From: a virus | Lineage: Duplodnaviria; Caudoviricetes | Virus record (IMG/VR): IMGVR_UViG_3300018868_000006 | Span: 1 to 62,365 of that record | DNA: 62,365 bases | Direction: 5' to 3' (one strand) | Translations under genes and position numbers: made by a program | Notes under the pieces: model-generated | What the model was told of the DNA's origin: nothing | Database searches by the model: none | The model's input: the letters and a program-made list of their open reading frames with translations, nothing else | In this document: positions 10,160-18,588 of the stretch, one piece after another | Position numbering within the stretch: the stretch's first letter is position 1 | How the letters are laid out: the number at the start of each line of letters is the position of its first letter

Positions 10160-10777
10160 ATGCTAGAAAAAGCACCAGTTCGTCCGCCTTTCCCGATGTC
10201 TGGGTACAACGCGAGCAATAAACGAACTTATGCTCCCGATGGTTGCTGGGATTACTTTAGTACCGGTGGTGGTGGCACAATCTCATCGGTCCTTGGGCAA
10301 ATGACACTATTCCCCTTTTACATTAGATATGACGTTCCAGCTAGTGCTCTTGAAATGAAAAGTTCCTATGCAGCAAACGGCTACGGCACAAGCGGAAACT
10401 CAAATACTGCGGTTTGGGGGATGTATCGTGTTGGCTCAAGTTTATATGACTCCTCGCTTTATGAATCCGTAACCATTGTCGATAGCACCTCCACATATAT
10501 GACTCCGACTAAAACGCAGACGATGTCTCTAGCATACCCGAAAGGATGGTATATTGCTTCGATTGTATTTATCGCTGCAACTGCTGGATCTGGGTCAGTA
10601 AGTTCAGCTTTTGCAAAGAATGAACCAGTTTTTGGTTCTCTCACCAATTACTCAATTGCTGGCGCAAGTATGGGACACGTTGGGATTACTGGACAAACAT
10701 CCGGATTACCCTCAAACCTTAACTCCGTAACACTTTCAAATATATATTACCACGCTCCTATATCTCTAAGATACTGA
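10160..10777 (+). CDS. Hypothetical beta-rich virion protein
   Basis: 205 aa, coupled to the upstream fibre gene. Confidence 0.6.
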   Translation: MLEKAPVRPPFPMSGYNASNKRTYAPDGCWDYFSTGGGGTISSVLGQMTLFPFYIRYDVPASALEMKSSYAANGYGTSGNSNTAVWGMYRVGSSLYDSSLYESVTIVDSTSTYMTPTKTQTMSLAYPKGWYIASIVFIAATAGSGSVSSAFAKNEPVFGSLTNYSIAGASMGHVGITGQTSGLPSNLNSVTLSNIYYHAPISLRY

Positions 10778-10778
10778 T

Positions 10779-11342
10779 ATGCCCACCGTCCTCCCATTAA
10801 AGATCCGTAAAGCTCCGACGATTTACGAGGTCGCTACATTTCACGCAGACACGGCTCCCTTTAAAACCGGCAATCGAGCCAAGCTCCGAACATCCCCACG
10901 TACTGGAACGTTTTATTCTAGTGCTGGGTCTGGTAAATATGTTGAAAACTGCGGGGCAACAGGTTTTGAGTTTGTGAAGCCCTCAAGTGGCACACCGACG
11001 TATAGATATTACCCAAGTATGAATAGGTATAACTGGAATGACGATTTCATTTATGGGACACCCACATACGCCGACTCTGGCCACTCTAACTATGCTTTTT
11101 GGCAGTCTGTATCCCCAAATCTCTATTCGTTTCTCAACACTTATCACTCGGGTGGCTTGCCGACCAACAAGCTTATTAGGGTATGGGTATCCTGGGATAA
11201 GTACGTTTCCGTATCTCCTAGAGCTTTTGAGTATTTCCCCGAGCTTGATGAGGAACAGTGGCAATATGAGAAGCGTCGAAGTTACTCGTATCTCGCTACA
11301 TCTCCCGCTGGTGTTTGCTGTCGGTATGCTATCTTTAGTTAG
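10779..11342 (+). CDS. Hypothetical aromatic-rich protein
   Basis: 187 aa ORF, ends just before the group I ribozyme. Confidence 0.6.
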   Translation: MPTVLPLKIRKAPTIYEVATFHADTAPFKTGNRAKLRTSPRTGTFYSSAGSGKYVENCGATGFEFVKPSSGTPTYRYYPSMNRYNWNDDFIYGTPTYADSGHSNYAFWQSVSPNLYSFLNTYHSGGLPTNKLIRVWVSWDKYVSVSPRAFEYFPELDEEQWQYEKRRSYSYLATSPAGVCCRYAIFS

Positions 11343-11359
11343 TTCTTTAACAGATTATC

Positions 11360-11577
11360 GGCCCGTACTGCTTAAATTCGGTGGAACTGTTGGGAGATAC
11401 CCAAGACAATACCGAGCCAAGGGCGCAACGCTTTGCGTCAAGGTGTAGAGACTACTGGAGGCTTAGGAAGCCTTAATGACCAGCCTGAACAAGCAGGGTG
11501 TCTAACGACATCAAGATATAGTCCAATCCACCCGGTGACGGGTCGGTATAAATGCGATTCTCATTTGGGATCGGGTC
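11360..11577 (+). ncRNA. Group I intron-type ribozyme (IA-like core), intergenic, possibly circularly permuted
   Basis: P3 CTGCTT 11368-73/AAGCAG 11491-96; P4 TTCGGT 11377-82/ACCGAG 11411-16; R element GGTGTAGAGACTA 11442-54; S element AAGATATAGTCC 11513-24; P8 GGTGTC/GACATC; P9 ACCCG-GTGA-CGGGT. Confidence 0.9.
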
Positions 11578-11594
11578 AAAGCATAGATTAGGTA

Positions 11595-11621
11595 TTGACA
11601 GAATTCAAAGTGAGTTACGAT
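11595..11621 (+). promoter_or_regulatory. Promoter-like TTGACA-N15-TACGAT upstream of capsid leader
   Basis: Consensus -35 and TAnnnT -10 with short spacer. Confidence 0.5.
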
Positions 11622-11625
11622 TTCT

Positions 11626-11800
11626 TTAGCTGTTAGGAATTGGCATGGGCGTACTCGCGGGCCGCCACCGCGTTAGCTAAGACCAAAACGAGCGCGGGCA
11701 ATAAAAGCTCTGGGATGCCGCCAGGGGAACCAAACATAGGAACTGCCATTACCTTCGGCAATGGACTTACAGTTCTTAACTCACTTTTGAAAGGATATTT
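11626..11800 (+). promoter_or_regulatory. Structured 5' leader of major capsid gene
   Basis: Several hairpins plus two competing pairings for 11770-11780; SD-like GAAAGGA 11789-95. Confidence 0.5.
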
Positions 11801-11806
11801 AATAAT

Positions 11807-13129
11807 ATGGCTACGACTTATACAAATATCGAACAGTTGCTGGTTTCTGAAAGTTCCCGCATCGGTGACGATATTTATCGCAAGACAGTTGATACGAGCC
11901 CCTGGCTCAAATTGGTGAAACAAGATGCTTGGCCGGATGAGATGGGCGATTCCGTCTCTGTCTTGGTTTACGAGCGTTCGCTCCCTTACAATACTGACGG
12001 GTCTGCTAAAGTTAGCTGGTCCTCTACTGTAACGCAAAACGGTGCCGCCTATGGCTCATCGGATTTTGCGAGTGGGACCAACACCCTCAACAATACTGGA
12101 AATGACTCGGCCTCGGCCTCGGCATTCCCCACTTCACCCGCCAGCACCATTGACTTCGGTCAGACGCTTCGGACTTACGGGTTGTTCCACGCGGCACTCG
12201 AATCCCCGAACATCTCGCTGAACGATCTGCGCTTCCCGATGAAACGGAAAGAACAGCTCGCCAACATCATGCAGATTCTCACCGAATCTACTACTGAAGT
12301 CTGGATTCAGCGCTATCGCGATCAGTACATCTCGATCGCCCAGAACAAGTTGGTGGCTACCACAGACACCACCGCCTATACTGGGTTCGATACAACGATT
12401 ACTGGTGTTCAGCGTAACACGACTGGTTCAACCTCGGCAGCTCAGTCTTCGGCTGGCTTCTTGAACGGAGCTACTCCGCTCGCTGGTGGAACTCAGTTGA
12501 CCCAAACCATCCTTGATCGGGTGTATATGGATCTTCTCCGTAACGGAGCGGGTGCAAACGCCTACGATCGGAATAACGGAGCCCCTGTGTTCTTGGCGAT
12601 TATGTCGCCCGAAACCAGTGACTCCCTAATTCGCGCTAACGCGGATATCCGTCAGGACTTCCGTTGGAGCGATCGGGTTAGCGAATTGCTTGCTCCTCTT
12701 GGTGTGCAGCGCAGCTACCGCAACTTCCATCACTTGGTTGATGCGTTTGCTCCTCGCTACAAGATCACAAGCAATGCGTTCGTTCGTGTGTACCCCTTCA
12801 TCAAGGTTGCAAACGATCTTGGTAACGCCCGCCAAGGCTTCAAGTATGAGCTTAACTCTGAATACTTGAACGCTGCGTGGGAAGATACCATCATCTTTGT
12901 TCCCGATGTGTTCACGAGCTTGGTTCCCAAGCCCTTGAGCATCGGTAATGGGATGGAGTTCAACGCACAAAACTATCGTGGTGAGTTCACTTGGAGGAAC
13001 ATCCTCGATCGCGAAAAAAATCCAGATGGCACAGTAGGCTACTTCCGGGCTGTATTCAGCAACGGTGGCAAGCCCATCTTCCCCCATCAGGGCTACGTGA
13101 TCCGTCACTTGCGCAACACCATCGCCTAA
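11807..13129 (+). CDS. Major capsid protein
   Basis: 440 aa in head module, own promoter/SD, followed by a small gene and strong terminator. Confidence 0.8.
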   Translation: MATTYTNIEQLLVSESSRIGDDIYRKTVDTSPWLKLVKQDAWPDEMGDSVSVLVYERSLPYNTDGSAKVSWSSTVTQNGAAYGSSDFASGTNTLNNTGNDSASASAFPTSPASTIDFGQTLRTYGLFHAALESPNISLNDLRFPMKRKEQLANIMQILTESTTEVWIQRYRDQYISIAQNKLVATTDTTAYTGFDTTITGVQRNTTGSTSAAQSSAGFLNGATPLAGGTQLTQTILDRVYMDLLRNGAGANAYDRNNGAPVFLAIMSPETSDSLIRANADIRQDFRWSDRVSELLAPLGVQRSYRNFHHLVDAFAPRYKITSNAFVRVYPFIKVANDLGNARQGFKYELNSEYLNAAWEDTIIFVPDVFTSLVPKPLSIGNGMEFNAQNYRGEFTWRNILDREKNPDGTVGYFRAVFSNGGKPIFPHQGYVIRHLRNTIA

Positions 13130-13151
13130 TTAGAGAAAGGGGAACATTTAT

Positions 13152-13454
13152 ATGCCTCTTCCTATCTCTAATAAAACGCTGGATCAAGTTGAAGCAGCCA
13201 ACATTCGTGCCGCCCTTAACGGCGGCTCGGATTGGGGCACTTCTGGAACCACGATTGCTTCCGTTGGAGCCGCTACGGGTGGTGCTGCCACTACCCTCAG
13301 TGCTCTTACGGCTGCTTCTGGAACTGTTAGTGCAACATCAACCCTTGTTGATGTCACGGCTACTCCTACGCAGGCGACCATCAACGCTAACTTTCAGACT
13401 TTGGCGACAAAGCTGAATGTTGTGTTGAACCTCCTTCGCAACTTAAACGCCTAA
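13152..13454 (+). CDS. Head decoration/head fibre protein
   Basis: Ala/Thr-rich, C-terminal LATKLNVVLNLLR motif, follows MCP. Confidence 0.65.
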   Translation: MPLPISNKTLDQVEAANIRAALNGGSDWGTSGTTIASVGAATGGAATTLSALTAASGTVSATSTLVDVTATPTQATINANFQTLATKLNVVLNLLRNLNA

Positions 13455-13462
13455 GTTAATAA

Positions 13463-13508
13463 TGGAGGCTCCTAGGGTTCTATCCCCTAGGGGCCTTCAC
13501 CTTTTCTT
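13463..13508 (+). terminator. Rho-independent terminator
   Basis: TGGAGGCTCCTAGGG / CCCTAGGGGCCTTCA stem followed by CCTTTTCTT. Confidence 0.75.
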
Positions 13509-13841
13509 ATGCTGGCCAATCAAGTCGTAGTTCCGAAAAGCAAACAAGTCGCTGACGAGACTGGCGCACGAGAAGCGCCCGTTTCTAACGACCTTGTAGT
13601 TTTTCCGGTTCCCAATGGTTTTGTTCCCCCCGACGGCGTACAACCAGGGCAATCTTTTGAAGTTGTTGCTCGGGTTCAATACACCAAAGGCCAAATGATT
13701 CTCGAAGCGATTGAAGGGAATGAAGTTCGTATGGCTTCTACCATCAAGCGAGCAAAGATCCAAAAAGATGCTTCTTTTGAGAATGCAGTTGAGCAGGGGT
13801 TAAGCGAAACCGAGACAGGTGGAAGTGCGGGGATGGCTTGA
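13509..13841 (+). CDS. Hypothetical protein
   Basis: 110 aa ORF in operon. Confidence 0.65.
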   Translation: MLANQVVVPKSKQVADETGAREAPVSNDLVVFPVPNGFVPPDGVQPGQSFEVVARVQYTKGQMILEAIEGNEVRMASTIKRAKIQKDASFENAVEQGLSETETGGSAGMA

Positions 13842-14109
13842 TCTGACGGCAGCTATTGCCGAGCAAGCTATTGCGGATCTCGATCTCGCAATATCACCTT
13901 GCAAAGCAAAGCGAAAGCCAGATTGGGCGTTTACCCCAGAACACTTCCGTGAGTTCTTTGGGATGACGGAAGACTTGTTTCGGGTATGCGGCTTTCGGCT
14001 GAACCCAGAAGCAGTTCGTGATCGGCTAAATAAGAGACTAACAAAACTGGATAAAATACATGCCTCGCAAGGAAATAAACGAAATACTAGTAGAGCTAGC
14101 CGCCATTAA
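13819..14109 (+). CDS. Hypothetical protein (start uncertain)
   Basis: AIAEQAIADL helix pattern seen in small phage proteins. Confidence 0.5.
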   Translation: MEVRGWLDLTAAIAEQAIADLDLAISPCKAKRKPDWAFTPEHFREFFGMTEDLFRVCGFRLNPEAVRDRLNKRLTKLDKIHASQGNKRNTSRASRH

Positions 14110-14290
14110 CGGAAAATTGGACGGTATTGCCGATCTTATTAAGAGGCATGACGACCATCTTTCTGGTCACGACGGCAGGCTCCGACACGTAGAGAAGAAT
14201 ATGAACGTTGCGTTTGGGTGGGCTGGTGCAATTGGGTTTTGTGCTTCCGTCGTAGGTACTTGGTTGTGGGAAAAGCTTGGAGTCAAATAA
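14060..14290 (+). CDS. Coiled-coil plus C-terminal TM protein (holin/hemolysin XhlA-like)
   Basis: HDGRLRHVE coiled coil then hydrophobic helix; lysis cassette. Confidence 0.6.
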   Translation: MPRKEINEILVELAAINGKLDGIADLIKRHDDHLSGHDGRLRHVEKNMNVAFGWAGAIGFCASVVGTWLWEKLGVK

Positions 14291-14296
14291 CATCTG

Positions 14297-14728
14297 TTGC
14301 GTCTAGACAAAAGTATGTCAAAATCAGCTATGGGCGCCGTAACGATCCTAGCCTGTCTCATTCTTTCTGGTTGCACCACAGTTTCTAGTAAAGGATTACC
14401 TAATTTTTCAACTACTGAGGCAAGGTTGGATGCCGCCTCAGCCGTAGCCAACCCCGAGGCCAAGAAGCACATAGAGGCCGCTAGAGAGCAATTAAAAGCC
14501 GCTAAAGAGGCTTGCTATGCCAATACCGAGTCTTTGGAGCAGGCGATTAAGGAAAAGAACGAAGCTGTTAAGGACGCAGTTGTTTGGAAGGAAAAACAAA
14601 GGAAGGCTTTAAAGGAACTTTGGATCTACCGAGGTGCTATTATTGCCTTAGTGCTTTGGGTTTTCCGTGGGTTTCTTTTCAGCGGGGCTATGGCAATTGC
14701 TCGTAAGTTTGTGGGGATACCCTGGTGA
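14297..14728 (+). CDS. Lipoprotein with C-terminal TM helix, unimolecular spanin-like
   Basis: Lipobox LILSGC, coiled coil, C-terminal GAIIALVLWVF; true start probably a downstream ATG. Confidence 0.6.
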   Translation: MRLDKSMSKSAMGAVTILACLILSGCTTVSSKGLPNFSTTEARLDAASAVANPEAKKHIEAAREQLKAAKEACYANTESLEQAIKEKNEAVKDAVVWKEKQRKALKELWIYRGAIIALVLWVFRGFLFSGAMAIARKFVGIPW

Positions 14729-15066
14729 TCCATTGGCTTCGTAGCAACTTCCAAGGGCTATTGGCTCTCGGCGTCGCTATCATCGTATTTTTCTTTCTAG
14801 GCCCAATCCTTCAGGGTTTCGACACAACCGCTGGGGTCGTTGACTTGGGTTCGCTCCACGTCCTCGCATTTGGAGCTGTACGATTCCTTTTCTGCACATT
14901 CTTAAGTTGGTCGGTGCTTCAGATGGATTGGAAAATCCTTGATCGTTATGTCGATAAAGGAGTGCTCAAGGACGACTGGAAAGAAGCTTGTCCCAAGACA
15001 AGGCTGACAATCTTCTCGTTTGTTTTTGGGATCCTCCTGATCGCAGCAATTATTTCATGCAAATAA
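14725..15066 (+). CDS. Holin-like membrane protein
   Basis: Three hydrophobic segments, directly upstream of endolysin. Confidence 0.6.
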   Translation: MIHWLRSNFQGLLALGVAIIVFFFLGPILQGFDTTAGVVDLGSLHVLAFGAVRFLFCTFLSWSVLQMDWKILDRYVDKGVLKDDWKEACPKTRLTIFSFVFGILLIAAIISCK

Positions 15067-15587
15067 TATATGTTGCGCTTTTTATTGCGTTTCTTTCCGA
15101 CTCTTTGGCTAGCCCAGGAGTTGAGGCGTCGCGGGTTCTCGTCATTGAACAAGCCCGCAAAAGTATCGGTATTCGGGAAAAATCGGGACGCAACGACGGG
15201 CCCGTGGTGGACGAGATCCTTGCATCCGTAAACCTTGAAGGCACCAAAGCGCCGTGGTGCGCCGCATTCATCGTGTGGGTTGGTGACAAAGCCTTTGGGT
15301 CAACGTTACTCAATCCCTACCCTCGATCGGCTTGGAGCCCGATATTTCTCACGAAACCAACCTGGGATAGACAGAGGAAGGGAACCCCACTCAAGGCCGC
15401 CGATGTCTTTGGAATCTGGTTCAACTCGATGGGTCGCGTGGCGCACGTTGGCTTTGTGGAGAAAAACGAGGGGGATTGGCTCGTGACGATTGAGGGCAAT
15501 ACAAATGGTGGCGGGAGCCGGGACGGGGACGGCGTTTACAGGCGAAGACGTCTAGCTGCAAATGTCCTAGGCAGAGGGTGGCTATGA
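15057..15587 (+). CDS. CHAP-domain endolysin with N-terminal signal
   Basis: PWCAAF, HVGFV, TIEGNT motifs; hydrophobic N-terminus. Confidence 0.88.
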   Translation: MQIIYVALFIAFLSDSLASPGVEASRVLVIEQARKSIGIREKSGRNDGPVVDEILASVNLEGTKAPWCAAFIVWVGDKAFGSTLLNPYPRSAWSPIFLTKPTWDRQRKGTPLKAADVFGIWFNSMGRVAHVGFVEKNEGDWLVTIEGNTNGGGSRDGDGVYRRRRLAANVLGRGWL

Positions 15588-16009
15588 GCCTTCGGATTGG
15601 GGCAATCGGCGTTCAGAAAGTAGCCGCAAAGCTTCTCGAACAAGGCTTTCTTGTCAGTACTCCCATAATCGACGATGGGTACGATCTAATTACTGATTGG
15701 AAGGGGAAGCTGTGCCGAGTTCAGGTTAAAAGCACGATGGGCGCATCGGATGCACACGCTCGCAATAAAATGAAGTTCTTAGCTGTTCGCGGAGCTGGTT
15801 ATGGGTATGGAGCGTATTTGAAGATCAATAAAGAGAAGATGAAATACAAACCAAACGTATGTGATGCGTTTGTGTTTTACCATATTCCGCAAGACGCTGT
15901 CTTTGCTGTCCCCAGCAACAAGCTCCCAAAAACTAAATCGATTTACTTCTCACCCAATTCCTCTTGGAGAGACAACTGGGCTGTCTTGCGAAATTTTAGG
16001 AAAGGCTAG
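15584..16009 (+). CDS. PD-(D/E)XK endonuclease, I-Ssp6803I/PDDEXK_5-like
   Basis: G..G....A.KL...GF.VS.P...GYDLI...RVQVKS...DAF pattern. Confidence 0.8.
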   Translation: MSLRIGAIGVQKVAAKLLEQGFLVSTPIIDDGYDLITDWKGKLCRVQVKSTMGASDAHARNKMKFLAVRGAGYGYGAYLKINKEKMKYKPNVCDAFVFYHIPQDAVFAVPSNKLPKTKSIYFSPNSSWRDNWAVLRNFRKG

Positions 16010-16018
16010 AATTTGTTT

Positions 16019-18409
16019 ATGGCCAACGAATCTGATTTAACCCTATTTGATGGTCAGTATAATTGGACTAGGGGGATGGATTCGTCGTTAGCCCCTCAAA
16101 TAGCTGACCCAAATTCCGTAAGACTTGGGATTAATGTGACTTTTCGTGGCGGGCGCGCAAAGACTAGACCCGGCTTTCAGCAAATCTTTTTGACCGACGA
16201 TCCCGATTACCCCGGAAGTCTTGCCCTTTATTCTACTGGCCGAGATGCCCAAAACGCAAAAACTGGTAACTATTTCCAAGGAGCTTTCTTTTACGTCAAC
16301 AAAACAGATCCTAACAAATCGTGCTTAATCGTTTGCTCGGGAGGATATGTGTTTAGAATACGCCCAGTTGAGGGATATGTAGCTCGGTTACCCGTTTCGG
16401 AGTACTCGGTCATCGACAACGCAGGGACATTTCGTTGGGACTCCACAAGAAGGGTTTACTATTGCCAAGCGGAAAAATACCTAATCATCCAAAACGGGCT
16501 CGATAAGCCCTTGATATTTGACGGAGAGGTAGTTTACCAGGTTGGCGTAGGATCACTTGATACTATCGGGAATATTGCATCCGTGCCTGTTGGAACCTTT
16601 ATGACTTACGGGCAGGGGAGACTCTTTGTGGTTAACCCAGAAAAAGATAGTTTTACGGCTGGCGATATTGTTTACGGGGGGTCAACAAACCAAGTTGCGT
16701 TAAACTTTTCCAGTATCGGGGCTACGGCGATCCTACAAACTGTAGCGAACCACGGCTTTGCAGATAATTCTGTTGTTACAATTTCTGGCCACAGCTCTTC
16801 GCCTGATATCAATGGTACTTGGCGCATTACCCTTTTAAGCGCAAACACCTTCTCTATTCCAGTTGGGCTTTCAACAAGGGGTACAGGAGGGTTTGCCTCA
16901 GTTGCGCTTACAGGCAGAGATTCAGATTTACTTAGGTTTACTGAAACAACGTATTTAAATGAAGGTGGTAGTTTTCAAATCCCATCTCAGATGGGGAGCA
17001 TCCGAGGAATGATCTTTCAGCCAATCTCCGATACGGCTACTGGGCAAGGCGACCTTTTGGTGTTTGGGGAAAAGGGAGCAGTTTCTTTTGCCGTAGCAAA
17101 CCCTAGAGATGACTGGAAAAACCTTTCTGGCTTTATGCGGGTTGCTCTCGACAACATCGGCCTTGTTGCGGATCGATCGCTTGTAACGATCAACAACGAT
17201 ATTTTCTTCAGAAGCCTCGACGGTCTAAGAAGCTATCGCCACGCAAGAGCTCAAATTGAAGGTTATAATACTACTCCCCTTAGCTCAGAGATGGACTCGG
17301 TTATGGATTACGACACCGAAGGTCTCCTTGGCGATAGCTCGGCTGTTTATTTTGATAATCGACTTTTATATACTGTAAGTCCCCGCGAAAATTACGACAA
17401 CATCGAGGACGAGCCGATTAAGTTAAGACCCATTTCCCATCGCGGCTTGGGGGTACTAGATTTTAACTCGATGGGAAGCTCAGGAAATAAGCGACCCGCT
17501 ATTTTTGATGGTGTGTGGACAGGTGTCGATACCCTTCAACTTGTAACTGGGGTCACTCGAAGGCTTCCAAGATGTTTCGTTTTTGCTTATGACACCGACT
17601 CTAACAGCAATTTGCTTTGGGAGAATTATCCTTGGGCTCTATTTGATTTTCCACTTGGAGCCTCTAGCCGGAAGATTCCGTGTGCAATTGAGACGAGATC
17701 TTTCGACTTCAAAACCCCCTTTAACTTAAAGAAACTAACCCGAGGGGATCTTTGGATTGCGGAGTTATCTGGGGACACTCTTGTTAACGCTTATTGGAGA
17801 CCAGACGAAAACCCTTGTTGGTTTAATTGGCATACCTTTAATACGTGTGCCGAAACTGAAACTTGTCTTACTGGGATTGCCAACACTTCCGCAGTTTCTG
17901 GGATAAGTGTTGTTTCGTTTTCTGGCCGTACCCAAGAGTTGGCCACAACCTGGAAGATATCGTTTACCGATCCTTCTACTCAATTCTATGTTCGCCTAGG
18001 GAACACCCGAACTTCGTTTCTTGAGTTAAACACTACAAACCAAACTTGGGCAACAACTACCGCCGACACGCTTCGAACAGCTATGCAAAGCGCAGGGATG
18101 CCAGTAACAAGTGTAGTCAGGGAAAATAACGACTTCACGATTGTCTTCTCAGAATCAGTTGAAGCACCAATAGCAATTCCAGCTCCGTCGACCTGCCAGT
18201 TGTACCAACCCGCTAATGTACGGGACCAATACCGATCTCAAATTCGCCTGCCCACCCCATCCAACGAATGTGTTACTGCAAACAATACTTTGGCTAAAGT
18301 TGGCCACACCTTTCAATTCCGTTTTGAGTGGGAAGGGCAATTCGCAATTTCAAAGGTTATGTTTACTGCTTCGAGGCTTATCGAGCAGGTTGGAGGATCT
18401 TGCCCATGA
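16019..18409 (+). CDS. Tail tubular/nozzle (stabilisation) protein
   Basis: About 797 aa, beta-propeller-like, GRLFV motif, tail module position. Confidence 0.7.
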   Translation: MANESDLTLFDGQYNWTRGMDSSLAPQIADPNSVRLGINVTFRGGRAKTRPGFQQIFLTDDPDYPGSLALYSTGRDAQNAKTGNYFQGAFFYVNKTDPNKSCLIVCSGGYVFRIRPVEGYVARLPVSEYSVIDNAGTFRWDSTRRVYYCQAEKYLIIQNGLDKPLIFDGEVVYQVGVGSLDTIGNIASVPVGTFMTYGQGRLFVVNPEKDSFTAGDIVYGGSTNQVALNFSSIGATAILQTVANHGFADNSVVTISGHSSSPDINGTWRITLLSANTFSIPVGLSTRGTGGFASVALTGRDSDLLRFTETTYLNEGGSFQIPSQMGSIRGMIFQPISDTATGQGDLLVFGEKGAVSFAVANPRDDWKNLSGFMRVALDNIGLVADRSLVTINNDIFFRSLDGLRSYRHARAQIEGYNTTPLSSEMDSVMDYDTEGLLGDSSAVYFDNRLLYTVSPRENYDNIEDEPIKLRPISHRGLGVLDFNSMGSSGNKRPAIFDGVWTGVDTLQLVTGVTRRLPRCFVFAYDTDSNSNLLWENYPWALFDFPLGASSRKIPCAIETRSFDFKTPFNLKKLTRGDLWIAELSGDTLVNAYWRPDENPCWFNWHTFNTCAETETCLTGIANTSAVSGISVVSFSGRTQELATTWKISFTDPSTQFYVRLGNTRTSFLELNTTNQTWATTTADTLRTAMQSAGMPVTSVVRENNDFTIVFSESVEAPIAIPAPSTCQLYQPANVRDQYRSQIRLPTPSNECVTANNTLAKVGHTFQFRFEWEGQFAISKVMFTASRLIEQVGGSCP

Positions 18410-18588
18410 GCGAGGAGTGCCAAGCACTTGAATGCGGATGCTTCCAAGGCGTCTTCTCGGATATTGTATTTGGTGTCGTAGAAGTCCGAGATTATTTAGC
18501 TGACGAAAACAATATCCCATTTGTTATCGAGAACCCCGAACAATCAGGGTTTCAGACTATTGATGGCGAATATCTGGAGCTAAACTAA
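18406..18588 (+). CDS. Small hypothetical tail protein
   Basis: ATGA and TAATG coupling on either side. Confidence 0.55.
   Translation: MSEECQALECGCFQGVFSDIVFGVVEVRDYLADENNIPFVIENPEQSGFQTIDGEYLELN

Noticed and set aside
11320-11630. Conventional intron interrupting ORF 10779-11342 or the capsid gene
   Set aside because: The upstream ORF has its own stop, upstream P1 candidates are weak and all frames after the candidate omega-G close within about 25 codons; not fully excluded without RNA data
11633-12037. Track ORFs 11640-11918 (+) and 11633-12037 (-)
   Set aside because: They overlap the capsid gene and structured leader and have no protein-like features
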